A stretch of DNA of 64,000 bases from Obrimoposthia wandeli (Eukaryota), in assembly GCA_977020255.1 (NCBI GenBank), contig CDROCS010006203.1:124001-188000 (forward strand), given 5' to 3'. Each line of letters starts with the position of its first letter. The first letter of the stretch is position 1. The notes under the pieces are model-generated. The model ran no database searches, was not told where the DNA came from, and worked only from the letters and a program-made list of their open reading frames with translations. Both the position numbers and the translations under genes were made by a program. This document shows positions 1 to 14,800 of this stretch, in pieces.

Positions 1-1124
1 ATGTGACTATTATTTTTAATGTTCTAAACTTCATTCGTACAGGGCACTCCTCTTAATTAGACGCGATTTATCTTTGACAATTTTGCTTTAATGTAGATAT
101 GTAGATCGTTAATTGGTTATTGGTTTATTTGTAGCTCATCACATTTTATAATTTTAATGAGAATATTTCTTGATTAAATCTCTAAATTACTTTTTGGCAA
201 CAATCCAGAAATTTTTACTTAAAGTATAAAATTTTATAAATATTTATTTATTTAATATTTTGTAAGTATTAAAAACGATCATGAGACAAAAATTTTAATC
301 TCAAACTATCCCTAATTTACAAAATTGCTTGCCTCTATTTTAGTCATGAAGTGCTGTAATTATTTAACTTTTTTCTTATTTCTTACTAATGGTGCCCAAG
401 TTTTATATTAACACGTATTTTATAACTGCACTTATTATTCGTATGTACATTTTATGATATGTCTATTTTCCAAGTACTTATTACAATACATGGAGCTGCG
501 TACGTATATTATGTGGTATTGTACCTAATTGTTCGCTGAAATATATATTTATTATCATAATAATTATTATGGGTTCTGGAACAAATATATGTTGAGTTTT
601 GTTTTGACTTATACTAGGCACTTCTTGCTGGTTAAAAATATTAAAAACTATCCTTTATTCTCTGTGCTTTCTCTAAAAAGTTTGGGTAAATCATATCGTA
701 CAGACGGGTATGTGCTGGAAAGCGTATATTATTTATATATATATATATACATTATGACATATTGTGGTAAACTATGATTCATATTTTGACATTATTAGTG
801 CAAAATATGTCGCCCAAAGAGAAGACAATTGTATAGTCAGTTCGGAAGTCGTTTCTAAAATCGAGGAATGCATGTTCAGTGTTTTTTACAATATTGTATT
901 CCCGACAGTTATTATTACGTTCACTGGAATGCACATTTTGTTGTAATTCAGTGTTATCGATTTTAAAAATAATTATATTCAAACATTTTACATTCTTGAA
1001 AAAAAGGAACAAGAATCCATTTGAAAATCACTGTTTACGATTATATATAGATATTAAGATGGTTCACTGTTATACAAAAAATCGCGTACTTATGGCGAGG
1101 GAGTCAAATTCAAACAATATTATA

Positions 1125-2390
1125 CAAGGTGTGATCCAAAATGCCCCGGACTAATTAAGAAAGAATAAAATAATTAATAAAAAATTATATTTTTATTCAA
1201 TATACGAACCGTTGATACTAACAATTTTATTCCAATATTTATTAAGAAGTTCCTGGAAGGCTTTTGAAAAGAAAGTTTCGTCTTGAGAGTCAAACCAGGT
1301 CGTAACTGCTTCTTTGATCTCTTTAGAATCACTAAACTTAGTACCTCTAAGAATCTTTTTCATCCGCAGGAATAGATAAAAGTCGCTAGTAGCGATATCT
1401 GAACTATATGGAGTATGTGGTAGTAATTCAAATTTACAGTTGACTATTGTTTCTAAAGTTTTTTAGCCGTATGGATTGGTGCATTATGATGCCAAAGGGG
1501 CATTTTTATTTTTTCTTGTACACTTTCGAGCTTTTTTTAAGATCTTACAATAATATTCAGCATTAATTGTATACGGCTTCTCTAAGAAATCTAACTTTAA
1601 AACTCCTTTATTATTCCAAAAAAAAACAGAAAGCATCAATTGTCGTCTTTGAGAACTTCCCATCTTAAACGTTTTGGGCACTGGTTTATCCTTCTTTTTC
1701 CATTAAGTCGATTGCCTTTTGTTTCTGGTAAATATAGGGATAAAGGAGTTTCTTATTCTGTAATTATTTTGTTCAAAAACACATAACTATATTGTTCATA
1801 AACCTTTAAACATTCGGAAGCACAAGTCATTCTTCTTTCTTTCATTTCAGGAGTCAAAAAACAGGAACAAACTTTTAAAATACCTTTCTGTACCCCATAT
1901 CTTTATTCATTCTTTGGCACGACTCATATCCAATGTTTAATAACCCACTGAGTTTTTCTAATTGTTATTCTTCGATTCTGCAAAATGAGAGCATTACACA
2001 ATTCTTCTTTATTGTCAGAAATTTCACTGGGATGACTAACTCCAGAGTAATCTTGTTCGACATCTTCTTTTCCATGCTTAAATTCCGCAATCCAATAATA
2101 TATTGTTGTTCTTTTAGAGCACTCATCTTTATATGCATGCTTTAAATCTTGAAATATGTTTTAGTTCGAACAATTCTTTAATATTAAAAACCTTATTATC
2201 GATCTATACTCAATTTTCTTTATTTTCATTATAATTTTACTTATATGCCTAAAATTTAGATTATAATCAATAAATTAAAAAATAAAAGTACTTTTGGTTA
2301 CTATTAATAAATCTTATATTTAAACGATAAAAATATCACAATAAATTGTTTCTCTCTTAATTAGTTCGGGACATTTTGGATCACACCATG
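1125..2390 (-). mobile_element. Full-length but decayed mariner DNA transposon
   Basis: ~38-bp TIRs (caaggtgtgatccaaaatgccccggactaattaag / cttaattagttcgggacattttggatcacaccatg), TA on both sides, 1266 bp. Broken transposase with LSVFFWNNKGVL, TINAEYYCKIL and HTPYSSDIATSDFYLF motifs. Confidence 0.85.
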
Positions 2391-2753
2391 TACATACGTA
2401 CTAAAATGGATGCCATATTAGTGATAAATTAAACTTTATCTTGCAAATGTCTGTGTCTTTGAGTCTTGGGGATATTAAAAAAGAAGTGTTGCATACATAC
2501 CAGGCAGGTTTATTTACAGCATATTTATTGTGCCAGTTGTCATTGGACCAAATCCATTTGACGAATACTTTCTATAGTTATCTTATGAAAACTAGTTTCA
2601 TCCTAATTTTGAAACTGCACTTTTACTATAATTATAATTTGCAAATTGTGTAGTACTTGTACGATAAACACAGGGACATATAATGATCTGCATTTTCTGT
2701 AGCTTTGTGTCTAATAGATGTTGCTCTAAAGAGGATATGATGAAGCACGCTAC

Positions 2754-2858
2754 CTGGGTATACATCTCGACCGAGCTTTCTCCGGTAATCTGGTGTCCGG
2801 AGAGGTAGGTATTGTGCGAAGAGGCGATGAAGTAATGTGACAGGGGATGATCCAGGCT
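2754..2858 (-). CDS. PLCE1: PLCE1-like exon, PI-PLC X-box start
   Basis: [35 protein letters not shown]; cag acceptor, CAG|gtagcg donor. Confidence 0.92.
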
Positions 2859-5800
2859 CTGTATGGACCTCACACAATTGAGAGGCATGGTCAATGTCAG
2901 AACAAACTCAATCTCAAATAAAATATGTTACAGACAATTTTTTAGAATTCCTTTTATAATTATTAAAATGGTTAATGTTTCTTCTTCTTATTATTATTAT
3001 TACATACTACATTTAAGCATATTTGACAAAAGCATGGTCTTAATTTTTTCAACTAACTTCTTGAAGCCTTTTTTTCACATTTTTAATTATTTTTTTTCAC
3101 AAAATTGTTCTTGGAATATCGACATTTTATTTTAATTTTTGTATCAATTTGTCCATTTCTGAACCTCAACCGTTATAATTATAAAACAATCTAGATATTT
3201 GGCAAAGCTTGCTTTTACAAATGTGAATTCAAAAACATATATATAATTTTTTGAATATTTCCATTCTTTAGATGTATTTTGCAAAAAGAAATTTTCTAGA
3301 AGTACTTGTCAACAATCCTTGATCTACTCATTGGTATTTATTCAGTTAATTCCAAGCAACTGTAAAACAAATTCAATAGTATTTTTACACAAAATATTAA
3401 AAAATTATATGTTCTTTTTCATAACATTTTAATGATATTTAATAGTCTATTGATGTCTTTACACAATTAAAATTAATAACTTCAAATTCATTTCTCAAAC
3501 TATCTAATAACGAGATTGGAAATGTAAGGGTACAAGCTTAGAATAAATAATATGCCCGGTTCAGATTTCAACTAAATGACAAAGTCGCTTTCCCTTTATT
3601 GTTTTATCCAATTCGATCTTCATTGTGGAGATAAAACGAAAATTGTGTTAGATTGGCTGAATACTGTTAATAAATACACTGAGTCTCAAACGTTCGTCTA
3701 ATGGAGAAGGAAATAATATTTCTGAAAATTACATTAATGAGCTTTATCTTATCTTATCTTCCCGGAAAGATTCTTTAAAGTTGTCACAAAATAATGAGTC
3801 TTCGTTAAAAATTTCCCCCTCATTACTTTTTTTAAAATTTAAATATATTGAAATTAGATTACTGGAATAAATACGGACTAATACAGTTAAACAAAGTTCT
3901 CATGAGAAATTTATTGAATACTCACCCAAATTAACTTTATTTGAATATATTTAATCTGAAAGTAATTTCAGTGTCATTTTGTAAAGTTTAATCGTAAAAT
4001 ATAAATGGGGAAATTTTTGGGACGCATTAAATTTAAGGATTAACGGCTAAATGATATGATTATGGTAGCTATTAGACATTGAGGTTTTATGAGAAAGTCT
4101 GAAACTGCTATAGTTTGTCTGGGATAAGCGGTCTAGGGTATTTGATTTATGCGAAGAAAAAACATGTAATTTATCAATGTTTCCATAAACGGTTTATTTT
4201 TATAAGTTTGAATGTTGTTTGGTTAAATTTCATAAAATAATTTTGTCTATTAATTCAAATCATGAATTTTTGTTAAACAAGCCAAACTTAATTTTGTCGA
4301 TTTGAGAACATAATTTGAGTAATATTCCTGAAAAAAAGTAATTTATGCTGAAGAAGTGGTACGCTGACAGGAAGGGCGAGAGAGAAACTCAGACCTCGAG
4401 ACTGTCATCCTCCTCGTCGCCATCCAGCACCCCCGTCAAGAAGTTTTTTTCGTCCATCAGGTAGCACGCGAATCCCTCAAAACTGAGTAGCCCCCTCGAG
4501 CGCAGCTCTAGGTCCAGCTCGTGCCTCTGCCAAAGCCAACAAGGCAACATTATTGTCAAGGTCAGCAATATGACTGCCACTCGTTTAGTTCGATCAACGT
4601 GACAGTTTGAGGATGATGAATTATGGAACTGATAAAAAGATAAATTAATTTCTGAGTTCTCCCTCTGAGTTCTTATTGTGACCCAGCAATGACAATTTCT
4701 ATATGGGTATGCTTGATTTTGTTTAGCTAGTCACAGATAGGCGTAATTAATTTAAAATCAGATAATCTTAATGTTTTATGAAAAGAAATTAAAATAATTA
4801 GCTTTCAGATTTACTTTTTGTATTTTAGTATAAATCGATTTTAATTTTAAAAAATCGACGGAGATGCAGTGGAAAAAGTTTGACTAATGTTAATTTTAAA
4901 CTAATTTTCAATTGTTCTATTTTATTAAATATACTTACTGATTTCTTCCTTTTCATCAATATGACCGTAAAACAGGGTAATCTGATGACACAATATCCCA
5001 TAAATATGGTAGACAAGGTAGTAATTCGCTGTCTAACATTATCATGCAGAATTTAAACTTTTTAGATTCCTGGACATTTCAAGTTAAAATCATCTTCGAC
5101 TTTTTGCAATTGGTTACAATAAATGTGTGAATTAACAGTTTTATTGTTCAAGTATTTTTTATATACACTTAACATCCCCTTCATCTGGTGTATTGGTTGA
5201 TTTTGTTGAAGCTGTGCTGACTGTGCAATGTTGTTTCCATCTATTGATAGCATACAAACGCCCCATTTAATCTTCAGTGAGTATTGTGTCTAACTAATCA
5301 CTTACTGTATGTGACGTAACTAAAACTTCAACAAGTGCAGAACAGAAAAATAAAATAGATAAAAATCCACACGTTTACACCAATCCAATATATTTTTAAA
5401 AATAATGAAATTGTTTGAGAAAGTTAAAAAAGGAAGAATATTTCAGTATAATTCAGTTTAGAAATCCCTTCAATTTGATTTATTTGGTAATTCAGGTATT
5501 TCGGTACAGATGTTTCTCGGTTTTTTTTTGTAATACCCTATTAAAACTTATTAAAACCCCTGTATAGGGATGCATGGTCAAATTATTTTATGGTAAATAT
5601 TCTTGTAACTAGAGAAATTACTCGAATTCCGTATCATAGTGACTATTTTAACTAAATTTTGCTTGTTTGCATACTTTCGATAATATCAATAAAAAAATGT
5701 ATAAGTTATAAATAATATTAATTTAATACAAAATTATGTCTAACAAAATCTCTAGTCAGAGTGTATGATTCAATTAAATTTGAAACATTGTAGTTTTGTG

Positions 5801-8800
5801 CTTTGTGTTTGAATTTACTAAAGGAAAACAAGGAATTTAAATTTTATTACCATTAATTACAAATAATGGATTTTTGTCAATGAAAAAGTGTGAAGATTTT
5901 GATAATATCGGCTGGGTGTTTGTGAAGAAAGTTTAAGTTTCAAAGTAAAGACTAAAATTAGATGGAAATTATTTAATCAATAAATGAATGTTATACATCA
6001 CTTTAGAGTTTAAAACGTTATAATTTGATGAAATGAATCAGTTAAATGCGAGTGACGAAGTTGATCCAGTGTGTGTTAAACATATTCCTCCTCATGTGTC
6101 TCCTATGAAAAGCCGGCATTGACTAGTAAATCCATTACTGGCTCAAGTAAATGAAGCTGCAATCATCAGCCTCATAATAGTTTCAATGTTGCTACAACGG
6201 AAGTAAATTTCTCAGAGGCCAATCTGTATAATACTAAGTGACTGTAATAAGTCCCCTTTGTTTTCTGGAGTCTACAAATTCAACTTTCTATTTCAGCTTT
6301 AAAAACTGAACTCTTTTGTTTATTGAAGATTGAACTGTTAATTTCTTAATTTTCAAATTACTATGAAATATCTTTTTTATACTTTCGTACTTAAATTTCG
6401 CAAATGTCTGTCTGTACGAGTAAATTTCATTTAACATTATTGCATGTCCGGGTCCATATTTACAAAATTTTAAAGTAAAGTAAAAATTGCTAAGAAAACA
6501 TAGACTATAAAAACAGGGTGCTTCAAAAATCGGTGCAAAAAATAAATCAATTTTCCCTTATTCAAAGAAAATAAACATGATTTAATTATTAAAATTAACA
6601 TGTGCGAATACCAGTATTTTTTTATTTTGTATACATTATTACAAAACAATATTTTATCTTAACATAGTTATTTTTACAATTAAAACCATTTTCAATGAAA
6701 ACAAAACCAATATACAGCCAGCATTTATATTGTTTATTCAAATACATCTCCAATGGTCTCAAACAACAATTCAGATTTGTAAAGCACGTCAAATACAGAA
6801 TTTTCTAATTTGTTCTGATTTAATTCCGAGATTTCAATTGCAATCTTTTAATTCTTCTATAGAGCTGAGTCGATCATCTCAATTCACAAGATTTTTGATT
6901 GTGCTCCAAAGAAAAAAAAAACAAAAGAGAAAGGTCTAATGATCGAGGGGCCATATGTTTCTAAATCCTCTACCAATGAATCTTTCTCCAGAAACATTTA
7001 GTACGGTTAGTAACTCTAGAAAAATGACTAATAAAAGTTTCGTAAATTTCCCAGCCTAATTTCATAGATTCAATTTTTCTATAACGCTGACACCACCAGT
7101 TCGAATGTATGTATGATGTAGTTAGTTTACCCATACAAGTTGATGTTCACATAAGTCATTTTTACTGCTTAGTGATCTCAGCTGATTTCAGACATCCATT
7201 ATTGACTAGTGAAACTTAGATTAAATTAGTCTAATTCACAGAGTAGACTGCAGGAAATATCGATTTGAGTTCCAGGAAAATATCTAAGAAAATTGTAAAA
7301 TTCTGCTGTCAGATAAATTTCATTTCCAATTAAAAAGTGTTCGTGATATTGTAAATATATCTGAAAAACGAATTGTCAAGATATCATATTCAAGTCGGTT
7401 TGAGTATTACTAAATTAATACTTTTTTCTGTTTCTAATTATAATAATACCAGAAAAGTCGAATTTTAGTTTATTCACAATTGGATTATTGCCATAGAAGA
7501 TTATTTTCCACATGACCTTACGGTCAAAATACCCTTAATAAAGAAAGGGTGTAATTGTGAGTAACTGTAAAACTTGCATTTCAACTTTACATATATCTTA
7601 TAGAAGTACACGCCACACTGGATGGATTTATAAATAAGGGAAAATTGGGGAAAAGGCTGAATCATGAATTAATTAAACCTTCTTAACAAAGGAATTGTAT
7701 ATTTACACTTTTCCGAAATTTATATGGCATATTTAAACTAATTGAAATTTACTACGATTGAAAAAAAGTAAAATTTAACTCGACAAAAACGCTGCCACCG
7801 ATCGTATGTCGTCAGACAGTGTGGACCTTTAAGCATTTCTAATCTGTCCACAATCAATCAAGAGAATACATACCCTCAATTATCTCTCAAAAACTTTCCA
7901 AAGTTAGAATCACACCCAACACTAATGTTCAATTTGAGATTGTTTGAGATTGTTGAGCTCTTCCAATCCGACACCAAATATGAAGATTTCAATACGCTAA
8001 CGGCGGGAAGCTGAAATTTTGAATAAAATCATTATCTTAAATGTGTTTGTAATTTATAAATTTTTGAGTTTTCCATTTATTTTTGATTTGGTTTTACTTC
8101 TAGTACTGGTAATGTTTTTCTGTATTCTCGAGTCTTTGAGAAAATAATAAAAATTGTTCACAAATCATGGGAAAAGTAGCGCATTATATCCCAGTGTTTA
8201 TAGCAAGGGTTGTTCCTGCAAAATCTTTTATTTTCTTTTTTCTTACAGAAAGATTGAAAGATACGAAACTTGGTTTAAAAAACCTAAATAAAATTGTCTC
8301 TGTAACTTGAGGATTACGCATGGGTCATAATATGTTTTTAAAATTGGAATCAGCTAGCTCTTGAAGAGTTGTTGCATATGCTCAAGGTTCACCTTATCCT
8401 TCAGAGAAATCTACACCCAGAGATAATTAGCGGGCAGATATGTGCTGTGTTAAATGAGCACAACACACTCGACATCACAATTTGGCATCCGATGAAAAAG
8501 GATCTTTTATACATCAAGAGAAACCTGAAGTGCGGCATCATTAATAGAAGAATGTGTTGCACATATCTTACAGACTGCCAACTATGGGTACCAATGTTTC
8601 TGGATACATCACAATATACGGCGTACAATTAACTATTTCAAGGTCCAATTGCCCATCTCATTGCAACATTGGTCAGCTGTAGCTTCATCCAGGTAATGAA
8701 CCTTCCCCCATAGCAATATGTCTGTTAGTAAAGCTTACTTTCATATTCATCTTCAAATATGAAATAGTAAGAATAGATATGTTTTTATTCTATATCATTT

Positions 8801-11800
8801 CATTTGGGGAAAATTCTGATTACTTTTACTTCTGCATTTGTAGATGAAAATGTGGTGACAAGCGTTGAATTATCTCGCTGACAACTTTGGATATGTGAAA
8901 AATTCTTCTATATGTGTTAAAAAAACTAAAAATACTAAATTATGTTCTGAAAACTACTGTATTTACCCACAGCTAAGAAGCCACACGCATGGTACGGACT
9001 CCGATCTTTAGAAAATATACCAAATAATAATTTACGCCCACAGATAAGAAGCACTATCTCCCTTTTAGTATTAGGTAATAAAGAAACATAGATAATGAAT
9101 GATTTTTTGTGTGTTCCATACAAGTTGTACCAAGGTATATTTGAGCGTTAGTGACGTTCTTTAGGTAAGGTATTTGATTTAATCAATTGCACTCCAGTTT
9201 CTTTCATTTCACAAACATACTCGGCATTGTATTCACCATTGTCTTCATCAGAATCCTCAACATCATCATTATCATCGTGTCATCTTCATTAGAATCATAT
9301 CAAGCTGAGGCGTCTTTGAAAAAAAATGCATAAATAGTTTATAGTCGTCAGAACCGCCCTTTACACTTAATATGCAACACTTTTTGAAAGCCTTCGCAAT
9401 TATTTTGGGAAGAATTGCCTCGGCACATATTTCCACCTCTCTATCATCCACTTACAGTACATTTTCTCGAGAGAAGCTTTGAAAAGCTTGTTGAGGCTGA
9501 CATGAATAGGTTGAAGTAGAGATGTCAAGCGCCCGGGAATAATTACCAGACGAGTATTATTTTCTGCAAGTGCTTATTAGACAGATATGCATTTGTGAGC
9601 GGAGTATGAATCTAACACCAATCTGAAGCCGCCGATTTAATTGGCCCAAACAGTTTTTACCCAATCTAAGATCAACTACTTATATATCCAGCCTTACTTT
9701 GAGATCATACAAATATTCCCCGCAGAAAACTATATAGATAGTTATATATAGTTCCGTGAACTAAACGTAACATAATACTTATTCAACAACATAGATATTT
9801 AAATATATTTATGAAATTTCCGCGTATAGTACGCACCTCAAATTTTGGATTTTGTAAATCGATGTTTCGGTGTATTTTATCCGTGGGTAAATATGGTATT
9901 AAAACATAAAGAAAATTTTAAAATTTTAAAAATGTTTAATAAAAAGTACATAGAAAACATTTCTTTGATGCTTGAGGTAGTTAACTACAGCTTACCTCGA
10001 CAATTTTCCAGCAATGCTCTTCCAAATGGGTGGGCCCAGCTACCTCAAGATCCGAGCTTGCTGTACATGCAGTAGTAGCAGAGGTGGCGTCAGCAGCAAC
10101 CTGTGGGGGCGGTCTGTAGTCTGCCTGGTACTTGCAGATCAGAGTAGCCACCTCACATAGGGTCATGACGCGCTTGTGCGACTTCTCGTAGCTGGCACAG
10201 TTATTGATAATGCTGGCCACGGCCACGGCTGCACACACGTGTCTCTGCTTGCTACTGTACTTTCCACAGCCGGGGTAGCTTCGCGTCACCAGAACTGCAC
10301 AGGACACCGACAGTAACTATCGCAATTTGAATTTATCTAATAGAAAGCACAAATAAGATCATTCACAACCTCGAGCCCACAAATATTCGATCAGGCACAT
10401 CATTGATCATGCACACAACCTAGATAATGTACAATATAAACCACACATAATCTCGATCATGCACAACCTCGATCATGCCCAACCTCGATCATGCACAACC
10501 TCGATCATGTACAACCTCGATCATGATCAACCTCAATCATGCACAACCTCGATCATGCTCAACATCAATCAAACATAATCTCGATCAGGCACATCATCGA
10601 TCATACACCCAACCTAGATCATGTACAATATAAACCACAAATAATCTCGATCATGCACAACCTCGATCATGCTCAACCTCGATCATACACAACCTCGATC
10701 ATGTACAACCTCGATCATGCACAACCTCGATCATGCTCAACCTCGATCATGCACAACCTCGATCATACACAACCTCGATCATACACAACCTCGATCATAC
10801 ACAACCTCGATCATGCACAACCTCAATCATGCACAACCTCGATCATGTACAACCACAATCATAATAAACCTCGATCATGCACAACCTCGATCATACACAA
10901 CCTCGATCATGCACAACCTCGACCACACACATCCTCGATAATGTAAAACCTAAAAATCTCACATTGCTTGTTTCCATCGTGAAGCTCGCGAGTGCTAAAG
11001 CGACCATGGTTCGCACCCTGTAGCAGCATTTTATTCTCGCTTGGATCTGGCATCTTCACGGAGAGGTGATCGAAAAGCAGCTTCAGGTCCTGTCGACTGT
11101 AGATCATGAAGCTACGATAGAGAAAGGCAAAGTCCAGGAAGTTGAGACTGCTCTTCTTGGAAATATCATCGATGTTGCCAGAGTTGATGCCGCTAGATCC
11201 AGGAAGAGTCTGGTGGAAGTGGTGATGGTGCTGCTGCTGCTGCTGCTGCGTATTCAACGACTGAGACGGTGAGTCCAGGTAGTCGTACTTGCTTCCACGC
11301 TGCATCTTACTGTCGATGTCTACTGACATAGTCCGACCTGCACGAATTTCACAATTTTACATCAAAATCAGTCTCACTATCGTAATAAAACTTTAATATA
11401 TTCAAATATTTTATCAGTTAATAGATCATGTTTTTCGATCAGATTGGCTATCATTAATAAATGTTTATAATACATGATTTCCAAAACCTTTTCCGATGCA
11501 AAATATTTTTTGATTCAAAACCGTTTTGGGTATACATAAATTCTAATTCCGTTTTATGATCGTAATATAAATAAACTTATATTTTTATAAATAATAAATA
11601 CATACAAAAACAGCAATAATATATTAAAATATGTCTTTTTTAATAAAAAAGGAAAAAAGTATGTTTAAATTTTTATATTCGTCAGAAGTACTTGACAGAT
11701 AAAACAAAATTACTTTGAATTTTTGCATACAATTTATTTCCTCATGCAATTGCAATGACATTGTAACAATTAATGAAAACAATACCTTTGTTTCTTATTA

Positions 11801-14800
11801 TCACTTACTTTTTTATAAATTTTGACTTTATACTTGAGAGTTTGGACTCTCAAGTCCGGAACAGCATTAAGTCTACAGAGAAACTCTGATATAATGAATT
11901 TCAATATAACGAAACCCTACTACAACGAAACGATTTGCTCAATCCATTTAAATGCGTTATCATGAGGTTTTACTGTATTTCGGCATTTAGTTTATTATAA
12001 CCGTTGACTGTGAAAATCCAGTTTCACACAATTAAGTAGTGGGAAATGGCAGTGCTGTTCGTACTGTTTGCTTAACAATATCAGGAAATTCGTGGATCAA
12101 ATTGCGCCAAAAACTTATTCATCATCGAGCCTTTGCTTCAATGAAGTGTGAATGACTGCGTAATCTGATGCATAAAGTTTGAATGGTTTTTCTGTCAATT
12201 AAAATGACTTATTGATCCAACTGTTGTTAATATTTTGGGAAGTACGTGACAAAGTTTTCTTGCTATTTCTTCACGAACTGTTTTATGCAGTTCACTAAAA
12301 ATTTCTGCAAAATATTCATGTACGATTGAAAAACCTTCCATATTGTTCTCGATACATAAATGCCAAAACGGCAATTTGCAAGATGTTCCTGACTTTATCA
12401 TGTGCATTGAACACTGTAATGTTCTTCCCCTACAGTGATAAGTTCAATTCGTTCAGTTTGGCAAAGATGTCAGATAGATATGCAAGTCTCAGTAGCAAAG
12501 TTAGATATATTAAATATCCAGATAGTGAAAACATTTGTGGGCTAAAGAAAATAGAGAGATCCTACCCAATTCAAATACTCGGTAAAGATTCTGGTCACAT
12601 GACCTCCTTCTCACCTCAGTGTGCAATATTAAAACACAAGATTTTGAAAATTCCCGATTGTAAAGGTTGAATTTTAACAAAGTTCATAATTTTCACTGCA
12701 ATATCCAAAACTAACACGAACATATCAATGTACAAGTACCTGCCTGTGAAGAATACAGTGACTACTAGTACATATTGGTACAACATATTTTATTCGTGTC
12801 ACTGATCCAGATCATTTCCGAACAACGCATTAGCTCTGTCAGTGCAAATATGCTAAGAAATTATGTGCTTCTTTATGTAATTGTTAAAATATCTTCTCCA
12901 CAAGCTAATGATTTACATAGGAGAAAATCTTCTTCAACTGCTGTAGTAAAAAAACAACGTAGAAACAGTAGCAAAATTTATACGTCTTCTATATCTGTGG
13001 ATTCATCAATTGTAGAAAAGTGCATCCATGCCGCGTAGGTATGATATCAATTCTTTCTCAATATATTCAAAATTTCTTGAATACATCGTTACATAGTATT
13101 GGAATTGCATACATTTTTGCCACTCTCTTCATTCTGCATACATAACATAATCTACTTAGCCAACGGCTTTAGTAAAGTTTCAGCTGTTGAGTGTGCTTCC
13201 CCAACCTGAGCTATGCAATAACTCACCTGAAATGATGTTTCTGATGCATTCTAAGGGTCTCCTTTAACCATCTTTGACATTAAATGCTGGTTACTTTTGA
13301 GCGTATCCAACTTTCTTCTAAAGAATGTTACTGTGGTTTGTATTCGGTTAGTCGTAGGTTTTATAGGGTAATTTCAATTTGGAAACTAAACTATTAAACT
13401 AGAATCAAGAGTGTTTATAGTTTGGTGAATCGCGACTAGTATGTCGAATGAATGAATTGATTTTGAAGGTTTGTGGGACCGCTGCTGGTGAGTTGAGAGA
13501 ATTGATTGTTTTTACAGGCCACGAAAATATATTTTAAAACTGATTGGGAACGTAAATTTTAATTTAATTAGCATTTATTAAATTTTATTTAATGTTTAAT
13601 ATTTAAATTAATATTTAACACATAATGCCATATCAGCAATCATAATCAAGATCCCAACAGAAGTGTAAAGTGTCGGTTCTAAAACAATAGCACACAAAGC
13701 CCCCCCCCCCGAACAAGGCACAAGGAACAAAGCACATCTGAAATTTGTTTAGTCATACAGATGTGCTTTGTTCCTTGTGCCTTGTTCGGGGGGGGGGGCT
13801 TTGTGTGCTATTGTTTTAGAACCGACACTTTACGTCTCGAAATTTGTTTGGTCTTATGCGTCACTTACGATTATGTAGGTTAATATTTTGTAACATTAAG
13901 TATATAGTTCAAAAATTTAAAAATTCTAAATTTAAAATTTAAAATTAAAAAATTTAAAATTTAAAAATTTAAAATTTAAAATATGAAAATTAAAAAATTA
14001 AAATTTTAATTCGAAAATTAAATATGAAAATTTTGAAATTAAACACAATTGACCGTCCCAAATTTTTATTTGCAACTATTTAATTTACTTAGTACTGCGA
14101 CCTCATTCCAGGAGTTAGACTGCCCCGCATAACCGGACAGTTATCGCATATTTATCATAAGAAACGTTATTGTTTATAGTAGGAGTCTATATTTATATAA
14201 TGAATAAAGCAAAGTAACATCGATAAATATATATTAGTACAATTATAAGCGAACTTGTCCATCAGTAATTTTCCAGATTGGTTTATGAAGACCTGTACAG
14301 TTGATTTTGTATCCCTGTATTGAAATGACGATCATCCACTTGAGTCCAGTTCCCATATTGTCAACATTAAAGTCGTGATCTCGCTTGAAAAGATTAGGAT
14401 CAGCTCGAATTATTATATGATTCCCAACTATAATGTTGAGATGCATCGACTCAAAAGTTTTGTTAAGATCATCAATATCTGACGGATTTAATCTATGTAT
14501 CTTGAAATCGTATTTTGACTTATTCAGAGCCACCGGAAACATGAATCCATATATGATTGGAGTCTTCAAAAAATTCATTTGCCAGTTATAAAACATAACC
14601 GGCTTGGTGTACTTCAAATCGTTAGACTCAAATATTACATCTGATGGTTTATTGTTGAACGGTTTCTTATGTTTGGGTGTAGAGACTATATCATCAATAA
14701 AGAGATCCTCATTTGTTGCTTGCTTCTCAATCTTGATAGTCTTGGTTTGTTTATGGTTGTTGCTTGTCATAGTTTGCTTCTTTGGTTTTGATATAAAAAC

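Noticed and set aside
529-1154. Short AT-rich ORFs here and throughout the introns
   Set aside because: No motifs, biased composition, TTG/GTG starts; chance ORFs
10539-10946. ORFs with repeating [10 protein letters not shown] peptide; possible CRISPR-like array
   Set aside because: Pure 16-bp tandem repeat without unique spacers, in eukaryotic intron context; the ORFs are by-products
13700-13798. G-quadruplex role for the C11/G11 runs in the TIR
   Set aside because: Single runs that pair with each other in the hairpin stem; no four-tract pattern
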